From assembly GCA_964016885.1 (NCBI GenBank), contig OZ024763.1, forward strand, positions 2,170,001 to 2,234,000: a DNA stretch of 64,000 nucleotides, read 5' to 3'. This document shows positions 53,496 through 64,000 of the stretch, one piece after another. The notes under the pieces were generated by a model that saw nothing but the letters and a program-made list of their open reading frames with translations, made no database searches and was not told where the DNA came from. Source of the stretch: Eledone cirrhosa (Eukaryota). Position 1 is the first letter of the stretch, and every line of letters begins with the position of its first letter. Made by a program: the position numbers and the translations under genes.

Positions 53496-54874
53496 CTTTA
53501 ACCATCTTTTGATCTTATATATTATGTATACTCCAGTCCTACAAACTGTAGAGTGCTTCTTATCCGATATCTGCATTGCTTTATTGTACTACAATAAAAC
53601 TCACCTCCTACATATATATATATATAGATAGATACACACACATACACACAAGTCTATGTACATCTAAGAGATCGTGTGTCTGTGTGAAACTATATTGAAC
53701 CAGTTGCCAAAACTATCCATCCTGTCTCCCATTTGTCTTAATCCAGTGTTCCACAGTTTTATCACCTGTGACACCTGGCTGTCTTTCAAACTTACCTTCT
53801 CCTTCTCCTCCTAACTCATTCCTTCCTTCCTTCCTTCCTCCCTTCCTTCGTTTCTTCCCCTTATTTCTTCAGGCATCATTATTCTGCAGTATTCTACTTC
53901 ACTGAAGACATTGTGTGTTTGTGGGGGGGGGGGGGATTGTAGTGGTGGTGGTGGTGGTGGTGGTGGTGGTGGTGGTGGTAGTGGTGATGGTGGTGGTGGT
54001 AGTGGTGGTGGTGGTGGTGGTGGTGGTGGTGATGGTGGTTGTAGTGATGGTAGTGGTGGTGGTGGTGGAGGTGGTTGTAGTGGTGGTGGTGGTGGTGTGT
54101 TGGTGGTGGTGGTGGTGGTGTGTTGGTGGTGGTGGTGTGTTGGTGGTGGTGGTGGTGTGTTGGTGGTGTGTTGGTGGTGGTGGTGGAGGTGATGGTGGTG
54201 GTGGAGGTGGAGGTGATGGTGACTGTAGTGGTGGTGGTGGTGGTGATAGTGGTTGTAGTGGTGGTGGTGGTGGTAGTGGTGGTGGTGGTGGTGGTGGTGG
54301 TGATGGTGGTTGTAGTGATGGTAGTGGTGGTGGTGGTGGTGGAGGTGATGGTGACTGTAGTGGTGATGATGGTGGTGGTGGAGGTGATGGTGATGGTGAT
54401 GGTGATGGTAGTGGTAGGAGTGGTGGCGGTAGGAGTAGTGGTGCTACAGACAAAACAACTGCAGTTTTTCTGGTGGGGATGGTGTGTGTGGTGGTTGTGG
54501 TGACTGTATTAGTGGTGGTGGAGGTGAGTATGGTGGTTGTAATAGTGGTGGTGGTGATGGTGATAGTGGTGGTGGTTGTGGTAGTGACTAGTGGTGGTGG
54601 TGGTGGTGGTTGTGGTAGTGACTGTTGTGGTGGTGGTGGTGGTTGTAGTAGTGACTGTTGTGGTGGTGGTTGTAGTAGTGACTGTTGTGGTGGTGGTGGT
54701 GACTGTAGTGGTGGTGGTAAGTATGGTGGTGTGACTGCAGCTATAGTGGTGGTGGTGGTGGTCGTAAGTATAGTGGTGGTCAAATGAGGTGCTGTACATT
54801 TATCAACCCCCATCAATCTACCATACAACCCTGTTCCCCCCCATAGTCTTCACATGCTACCATTATATCTTTCA

Positions 54875-55058
54875 TGGTGGATTGGCAGTATCGGTAGAGA
54901 GTCGGACGCCATGCTTTCCAGCATAGAGTTACGTCCCTTTACGGTCTGAGTTCAAATCCCGCCGAGGTTAACTTTGCCTTTCATCCTTACGGGGTCGATA
55001 AAATAAAGTACCAGTAATGTACTGGGTAATTGCTGGCCTTGTGCCCAAAGTAGAAACT
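54875..55058 (+). mobile_element. SINE S2, full length
   Basis: A and B boxes, TSD ATTATATCTTTC at 54862 and 55059. Confidence 0.85.
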
Positions 55059-55230
55059 ATTATATCTTTCTAGTTTCCAAAGACAATATTTTGGTTGTAG
55101 TTTTCCAGGAATATTTTACTTCCGTGTCCAGGAGATTGATATTTCTCCGTGTCCAGGAGATTCATATTTCTCAGTTTCAGACAATCCCGTAAAAGGGATT
55201 CTTTTCTTAAACTTTAATCTGTACTAATAA

Positions 55231-55714
55231 TTGTTTCTACTTTTTGGCACAAGGCCAGCAATTATCCCAGTGTATTACTGGTACTTTATTTTATCGACCC
55301 CGTAAGGATGAAAGGTAAAGTTAACCTCGGCGGGATTTGAACTCAGAATGGCAAGGGCCGTAACACTATGTGTAAATAATTGTTTCTACTTTTGGCACAA
55401 GGCCAGCAATTATCCCAGTGCATTACTGGTACTTTATTTTATCAACCCCGTAAGGATGAAAGGCAAAGTTAACCTCAGCGGGATTTGAACTCAGAATGGC
55501 AAGGGCCGTAACTCTATGTGTAAATAATTGTTTCTACTTTTGGCACAAGGCCAGCAATTATCCCAGTGCATTACTGGTACTTTATTTTATCGACCCCGTA
55601 AGGATGAAAGGCAAAGTTAACCTCGGCGAGATTTAAACTCAGTCCGTAAAGGGACGTAACTGTGCTACAAAGTATGGCGTCCGTCCCTCTACCGATACTG
55701 CCAATTCACCGCCC
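55231..55714 (-). mobile_element. SINE S2 with triplicated 3' part (period about 149 bp)
   Basis: Three GCCTTTCATCC-type cores, TSD TAATCTGTACTAAT. Confidence 0.8.
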
Positions 55715-55745
55715 TAATCTGTACTAATCTGTACTAATAATATAT

Positions 55746-55948
55746 ATGTTTCTTTATTAGCCACAGGGGCACAAAAGAAGGGGACAAATACAAAGGGGGA
55801 AGTTTACATACAATAAAAACGTGTAAAATGTTATCACAAATGCAATTTAAAAAATTAGTCGATTTTCCCCAATAGGGAGAGACAGTTCATATGGGTAACA
55901 CATACCCCCGAAAAAATGTGCAACCCTCATCTCCAGGAGTACGAAGAG
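55746..55948 (-). mobile_element. Retroposed 3' fragment (LINE 3' UTR-like, AATAAA at its end)
   Basis: Flanked by the direct repeat TCTGTACTAATAATATAT. Confidence 0.55.
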
Positions 55949-55980
55949 TCTGTACTAATAATATATAGATAGATATATAT

Positions 55981-56260
55981 AGGGGAGGGTCATATTGTTG
56001 TAATAATATTGCCAGAAATAACAACAGAACACACTCACTGTTTGGTTGGTTTTCACTTCTGTATCTTTTATATCTCCATAGTTAATTTATTTGGCAATCA
56101 ATGTTTATCATTGATTGACCAACGGTTAAAAATACAGATATAAATATATATATATATATATATATAGTCTAACAAAGTTCTTTCGTTGCACATCTGTAAC
56201 ATCATCAGTGGTACTATTATGTTTCCTCCTGTTGTATTGTATGTCTATGCCATTTTTATT
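55981..56260 (-). mobile_element. Family F, deleted copy including the hammerhead core 56164-56216
   Basis: Homologous to 32834-32995 and 33404-33520. Confidence 0.7.
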
Positions 56261-56282
56261 TTTATTTTATTTTATTTTATTT

Positions 56283-56314
<32 letters not shown>

Positions 56315-56385
56315 GTTAAGTATTTCTGTAGAAAAGGTAAAGGAAAGAAGAGTGTTCTATGTATAGTACAGAGCTATTTAATTAT

Positions 56386-56537
56386 ATAATAAACAACACA
56401 ATATAATTATTCCATCACCCAAGGTTTCACGAAGTTAGACGATTCTAACAGAAACGTCTGATATCGCTCATCTGGTAGAATCTTCTAACTTCGCTAAACC
56501 TTAGGTAATGGAATAATTATAATGTGTTGTTTATTAC
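56386..56537. repeat. Imperfect inverted repeat with arms of about 60 bp, between TA tracts
   Basis: AATAAACAACACA..GATTCTA / TAGAATC..TGTGTTGTTTATT. Confidence 0.7.
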
Positions 56538-56560
56538 ATAAATATATATATATATATATA

Positions 56561-56830
56561 TGGAGGCACATGGCTTAGTGGTTAGAGCATTGGGCTTGCA
56601 ATCGAAAGGTTGTGAGTTCAATTCTCAGACCGGGTGATGTGTTGTTTCCTTGAGCAAGACACTTTATTTCACATTGCTCCAGTTTACTCAGCTGTAGAAA
56701 AGCACCCAGCACTCACTGTAAATGAGGTTGGTGTTAGGAAGGGCATCCAGCTGTAGAAATCAAGCCAGAATCAGTTCCCGTCCCACCCTTGCAAGCAGGG
56801 AAAAGTGGACGGAAAATGATGATGATGATA
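56561..56830 (+). mobile_element. SINE S1 with internal deletion
   Basis: tRNA-like head and RTE tail. Lacks the segment between GCTGTAGAAA and AGCACCCAGC. Confidence 0.85.
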
Positions 56831-57022
56831 TATATATATATATATCTGTCTATCTATCTGTCCACTTTATCTGTCTGACACTCTTGCACTCCCTTCTTCC
56901 CTCCTCTCTCTGTCCCCTTCTCTCTCTCTCCCCCCTCTCTCTCTCCCCTTTAAAATTACCACAGGCAGGTTCCTCCAATATGCTCTAATCTAGGGAGTTC
57001 AAGTTGATAAATCGACACGATG

Positions 57023-57063
<41 letters not shown>

Positions 57064-58029
57064 TGTGTGTGTACGTATGTGTGTGTGTGCCCTCTAGCAG
57101 CCAGCAATACTGAGCTATAAGATATTGATTCTGGAAAACCTCTTATCATTTCCACTGGAAGGCAAGAAAATCATAACTTTTATAAACTTCATCATCACCA
57201 CCTTCACTACAACCACCACCACCACCACCACCACCATCACTACAACCACCACCACCACCACCACCATCACTACAACCACCACCACCACCATCACTACAAC
57301 CACCACCATCACTACCACCACCACTACCACAATCACTACCATCACCACCACCATTACCACTACTACCTTCACCATCACTACAACCACCACCACCACCACC
57401 ACCATCACTACAACCACCACCACCACCATCACTACAACCACCACCAAAGTTCTCACCACCATCATCACCATCATCACTAGCAACATCACCACCACCACCA
57501 GCATCGTCCACATCATCACCACCACTACTACCACCACCATCATCATCATCATCATCATCATCATCACCACCATCACCACCACCACCATCATCACCAACAT
57601 CACCACCACCACCATCATCACCACCACCACCATTATCAGCACAGTCACCATCATCATCACTGTCATCATCACCATCATTATCATCATTGTCATCACCACC
57701 ACCATCACCACCACCACCACCATCACCACCATCACCACTACCACTACCACCATCACCTCCACCATCATCACCACCATCATCATCACCACCGTCATCATCA
57801 TCATCCACAGCAGCAGCAATAACTTAGTTAACCCATTATCATATTTCTCATGTAATACACTGTTTGAATTACTTAATTAATTAGTTAATGAGACTTACTA
57901 CTAAAATTATGAATCATTTGAATATAAAGGTAATATTTCTAACCTAATTAAACAATAGGTTCTTATGTCAAGTTGTGGAAGTCAGATCTACCCAGAATCA
58001 TCTAAATATCATTGCTCAGGACATCTGTT

Positions 58030-59563
58030 GAGTCAGTGTTGTATAGATCAAGTACATTGACCTTGACACAAGCACTTGAGTCAGTGTTGTTGTATGGATC
58101 AGATACATGGACCCTAACACAAGCACGTGTGCCAGTGTTGTTGTATAGATCAGGTATTTGAACCTTGACACAAGCACTTGAGTCAGTGTTGTTGTATGGA
58201 TCAGATACGTGGACCCTAACACAAGCACGTGTGCCAGTGTTGTTGTATAGATCAGGTATTTGAACCTTGACACAAGCACTTGAGTCAGTGTTGTTGTATG
58301 GATCAGATACATGGACCCTAACACAAGCGCGTGTGCCAGTGTTGTTGTATGGATCAGGTATTTGAACCTTGACACAAGCACTTGAGTCAGTGTTGTTGTA
58401 TGGATCAGATACATGGACCCTAACACAAGCACGTGTGCCAGTGTTGTTGTATGGATCAGGTATTTGAACCTTGACACAAGCACTTGAGTCAGTGTTGTTG
58501 TATGGATCAGATACATGGACCCTAACACAAGCACGTGTGCCAGTGTTGTTGTATGGATCAGGTATTTGAACCTTGACACAAGCACTTGAGTCAGTGTTGT
58601 TGTATGGATCAGATACATGGACCCTAACACAAGCACGTGCGCCAGTGTTGTTGTATGGAAAAGGTATTTGAACCTTGACACAAGCACTTGAGTCAGTGTT
58701 GTTGTATGGATCAGATACATGGACCCTAACACAAGCGCGTGTGCCAGTGTTGTTGTATGGATCAGGTATTTGAACCTTGACACAAGCACTTGAGTCAGTG
58801 TTGTTGTATGGATCAGATACATGGACCCTAACACAAGCGCGTGTGCCAGTGTTGTTGTATGGATCAGGTATTTGAACCTTGACACAAGCACTTGAGTCAG
58901 TGTTGTTGTATGGATCAGATACATGGACCCTAACACAAGCGCGTGTGCCAGTGTTGTTGTATGGATCAGGTATTTGAACCTTGACACAAGCACTTGAGTC
59001 AGTGTTGTTGTATGGATCAGATACATGGACCCTAACACAAGCGCGTGTGCCAGTGTTGTTGTATGGATCAGGTATTTGAACCTTGACACAAGCACTTGAG
59101 TCAGTGTTGTTGTATGGATCAGATACATGGACCCTAACACAAGCGCGTGTGCCAGTGTTGTTGTATGGATCAGGTATTTGAACCTTGACACAAGCACTTG
59201 ACTCAGTGTTGTATGGATCAGGTACATGGACCTTGACACAAGCACTTGAGTCAGTATTGTAGTATAAGATCAGGTATTTGAACTCTGACACAAGTACTTG
59301 AGTCAATATTGTAGTATATATCAGGTACATGGACTCTGACACAAGCACTTGAGTCAGTGTTGTTGTATGGATCAGGTACATGGACCTTGACACAAGTACT
59401 TGAGTCAGTGTTGTTGTATGGATCAAGTACATTGACCCTAGGCACAAGCACTTGAGCTAGTGTTCTATAGATCAGGTATATGGTCTTTGACAGCAGCACT
59501 TGAGCCAGTGTTGTATGAATCAGGAACATGAGTCAGACACAAGCACTTGAGCCAGTGTTGTTG
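58030..59563. repeat. 102 bp dimeric satellite (two 51 bp subunits), about 30 subunits
   Basis: Alternating A/B subunits, degenerate monomers at both edges. Confidence 0.92.
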
Positions 59564-59939
59564 TGTGTTTCATAAAAAAAATCTTTAAAATGTGCAGTCG
59601 TGCTTCATAAAAGCCATTTGAAATGTGCACACATACACAACCACCAATACACAGTCACACATACAGACACGAACACTAACACAGATATACACACAAATAC
59701 AGTCATACAGAAAAACAGGCACACATAAACACAGCCACACAGACACATACAGCCATACACACACATCAACATATACAAACAGGTGTCACACACAACAATA
59801 CACCTCAACACACACACACAACAACAACACAGCCACACAACAACAACAACAACACAGCCACACACAAACACACTCACACACCAGCACAGCTCCACACAAC
59901 CACACACACCAGCACAACTACAAACCCTAATATATATAC

Positions 59940-61705
59940 ACACACACACACCAACATTGCCACACACACCAACACAGACACACACACCAACACAGACTCA
60001 CACACACCATCACACCAACACAGACTCACACACACCATCACACCAACACAGGCAACACACTGCCACACACACCAACACAGCCAACACAGACACACCATCA
60101 CACCAACACAGGCAACACACTGCCACACACACCAACACAGCCAACACAGACACCATCACACCAACACACTGCCACACACATCAACACAGACACACACACC
60201 AACACAGCCAACACAGACACCATCACACCAACACAGCCAACACACTGCCACACACACCAACACAGCCAACACAGACACCATCACACCAACACAGCCAACA
60301 CACTGCCACACACACCAACACAGCCAACACACTGCCACACACACCAACACAGACACACACACCAACACACCAACACACCAACACAGACACACACACCAAC
60401 ACAGCCAACACAGACACACACACCAACACACCAACACACCAACACAGACACACACACCAACACAGCCAACACAGACACCATCACACCAACACACCAACAC
60501 ACCAACACAGACACACACACCAACACAGCCAACACAGACACACACACCAACACAGCCAACACACTGCCACACACATCAACACAGACACACCATCACACCA
60601 TCACAGCCAACACACTGCCACACACACCAACACAGCCAACACAGACACACCATCACACCAACACAGCCAACACAGACACACAATCACACCAACACAGCCA
60701 ACACACACACACCATCACACCAACACAGCCAACACAGACACACCATCACACCAACACAGCCAACACAGACACACAATCACACCAACACAGCCAACACACA
60801 CACACCATCACACCAACACAGCCAACACAGACACACCAACACAGCCAACACACTGCCACACACACCAACACAGCCAACACAGACACCATCACACCAACAC
60901 AGCCAACACACTGCCACACACACCAACACAGACACACAGCCAACACACTGCCACACACACCAACACAACCAACACACTGCCACACGCACCAACACAGACA
61001 CACACACCAACACAGACTCACACACACCATCACACCAACACAGACTCACACACACCAACACAGACTCACACACACCATCACACCAACACAGGCAACACAC
61101 TACCACACACACCATCACACCAACACAGGCAACACACTACCACACACACCATCACAGCCAACACACACACCATCACACCAACACAGCCAACACCCTGCCA
61201 CACACACCAACACACTGCCACACACACCATCACACCAACACAGCCAACACCCTGCCACACACACCAACACAGACACACACACACCATCACACCAACACAG
61301 CCAACACACTGCCACACACACCAACACATACACACACACACACACCATCACACCAACACAGCCAACACACTGCCACACACACCATCACAGACACACACAC
61401 ACACCATCACACCAACACAGCCAACACACTGCCACACACACCAACACAGCCAACACACTGCCACACACACCATCACAGACACACACACCACCACACCAAC
61501 ACAGCCAACACACTGCCACACACACCATCACAGACACACACACCATCACACCAACACAGCCAACACACTGCCACACACACCATCACAGACACACACACCA
61601 CCACACCAACACAGCCAACACACTGCCACACACATCAACACAGGCAACACACTGCCACACACACCATCACAGCCAACACAGACACACCATCACACCAACA
61701 CAGTC
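59940..61705. repeat. CA-rich compound satellite (CACCAACACAGCCAACACA..)
   Basis: Low-complexity shuffled 9-12 bp motifs. Confidence 0.9.
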
Positions 61706-62100
61706 AACAACCTACACCCCCAACACATCACCACCCAGAACAAGAGGGAGAGACAGATGGATGTGTTAAGTGCAGGAATTTCCTTAACCATTCAACAGAG
61801 TTGAACAAGGAAGAGATTCCTTTGACCCAAGAATACCATGACGTTGCCATGGTGATAGAAGAACTGTTGTTGGTAATAATTTTCTGGCTCAGTGGTTAAC
61901 TTGATGAAGCTGATACTTAGGAGAATAAATAGCATTTGGCACGGACCACATTATAATACAGCATTTATATAGATGTAGGTATATATATTTATTGATATAT
62001 ATATATCATCATCATCATCATCGTTTAACGTCTATCTTCCATGCTAGCATATATATTTATTGATATATATATATTTATTGATATATATATATATATATAT

Positions 62101-62349
62101 GTAGAGGTTATATTTAATTTGTTGGGATACAACAAGCAAAATATTTTTATAACTAATATAAAACACTCAAGAATTCCAACCAGAATGGTTGCATTTTTTA
62201 AGGGTATGTCAATATTTATTTATAAAACTAACCTATATTATATTTTATCTGATGAAAGCGCACCATAGTTTGCCTTGGTGGCCCTTGAAATATGTATAAT
62301 GAAATAAATATGGTTTTATAAATATAGTTTCCATTTGTTAATATATTGT
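62101..62349 (+). mobile_element. Family C relative: inverted tail 62101-62170 plus a hammerhead-bearing arm
   Basis: The tail is the reverse complement of 20330-20397. The arm matches 20190-20310. Confidence 0.75.
62241..62306 (+). ncRNA. Minimal hammerhead (family C, different stem II sequence)
   Basis: TATTTTAT-CTGATGA-AAGCGCACCA..TGGTGGCCCTT-GAAA-T-ATGT-A-TA-ATGAAATA. Confidence 0.85.
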
Positions 62350-62589
62350 ATATATATATATATCATCATCATCATCGTTTAACGTCTATCTTCCATGCTA
62401 GCATATATATTTATTGATATATATATGTATATATATATATATATTAAAGATTTAAACAAGATTCAATGAGTATATCAAAGAATGAGTTTTACAGTAGATT
62501 GGAAGCACTCTACAACAAAAATAATTTTCCAGAGTTATTAATATTAAAATACAAATATTAATAAAATAGATGTTCTTGTGATCAATTAA

Positions 62590-62642
62590 ATTTTATTATA
62601 CATATTTCAGAGGTACAACAGTACGTCCTCATCAGACAAAAT
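62590..62642 (-). ncRNA. Minimal hammerhead (family D)
   Basis: ATTTTGT-CTGATGA-GGACGTAC TGTT GTACCTCT-GAAA-T-ATGT-A-TA-ATAAAAT. Confidence 0.82.
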
Positions 62643-62700
62643 ATAATGATACATGACATACCCTGAGATGTTAAATGGTTAAGATGTCATGTATCATTTT

Positions 62701-62753
62701 ATTTTATCTGATGAGAACGTACTGTTGTACCTCTGAAATATGTATAATAAAAT
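62701..62753 (+). ncRNA. Minimal hammerhead (family D)
   Basis: ATTTTAT-CTGATGA(62708)-GAACGTAC TGTT GTACCTCT-GAAA(62735)-TATGTA-TA-ATAAAAT. Confidence 0.8.
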
Positions 62754-62793
62754 TTAATTGATCACAAGAACATCTATTTTATTAATATTTGTA

Positions 62794-63300
<507 letters not shown>

Positions 63301-64000
63301 ATATATATATATATGTGTGTGTGTGTGTATACAGACACACTCACACATACACATGAAATGGTTAGTAGTGCTAATGTACTTGAGATATCTAGCCTTTTCA
63401 TTGTCATCATAACTATAGTCATCATGATCATCATAACCATCATAACCACCATCAGCATAACCATCACAATCATCATCACCACCATCATCATCATCATAAT
63501 CAACACTATCACCATCATCATAACCACCACCACCATCATCACCCTCATCATAACTACCATCATCATCATAACCATCATCATCACTATCATCACCATCATC
63601 ACCATCATCACAACCATCACCATCACAATCATCATCACCATCATCATCATCACCATCATCATCACCATTTATGTCCTCTTCTCCACGCTGGTATGAGTTT
63701 GATGAGCTATTTCTTTTATCTGGTGTTCAATGACTGATTGACCCCCCCCCCCCCCCTCCCCCACACACACACACATGCGCTCCCCCACCACACTCCACAT
63801 CACCTCACCCCACCACCCCACACCACACGCTGACATTAACCAATATTTTTTTATTTTCAAGTGCACTAGTACTTAATCCATTGATCTTTGCCAATTGAAC
63901 TGCGAAAGCTGTCAGATATATTGTTTATGAGGGAACTCTGATCGGCCGTGTACCAGGCAAAAGCACAACAGATGCTCTCTTCCTGGTGAAACATCTACAG

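Larger units (their letters stand above)
53135..53612 (+). mobile_element. Family A fold-back element interrupted by a SINE
   Basis: Short inverted arm 53135-53249, long arm to 53612 with the AATAAA tail. Confidence 0.85.

Noticed and set aside
58002-59447. 481 aa Cys/Asn repeat ORF
   Set aside because: Two frames are open through a 102 bp satellite. No signal peptide or splice support is visible.

Overview
AT-rich animal genomic DNA dominated by microsatellites ((TA)n, (CA)n, (GGT)n, (CAT)n), minisatellites, tRNA-derived SINEs, LINE 3' remnants (RTE, CR1) and MITEs (hAT, piggyBac-like, Tc1/mariner-like). The repeat landscape looks like a coleoid cephalopod (octopus-type) genome, which is an inference. 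Almost every ORF in the supplied track is a translated repeat. The main signal is about 15 hammerhead ribozyme (HHR) cores, about 4 degenerate ones and 4 half-ribozyme palindromes, roughly one per 3 kb. They belong to at least 8 otherwise dissimilar short non-coding families that sit in (TA)n tracts as asymmetric fold-back (inverted) pairs. Their stem III loops are mostly self-complementary (GCGC, ATAT, GATC, AATT, GACGTC, TGAGCTCA), which is the dimer-type minimal HHR of Penelope-like retroelement pLTRs. Several copies fold back exactly at the ribozyme's own stem II, some have very long branched stem II, and several families share an ACTC...GAGTRCT hairpin downstream. There is also a tentative multi-exon minus-strand gene whose best-phased reading contains two in-frame TAG codons and a GC donor. 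Folds and alignments were read by eye and no database searches were run.
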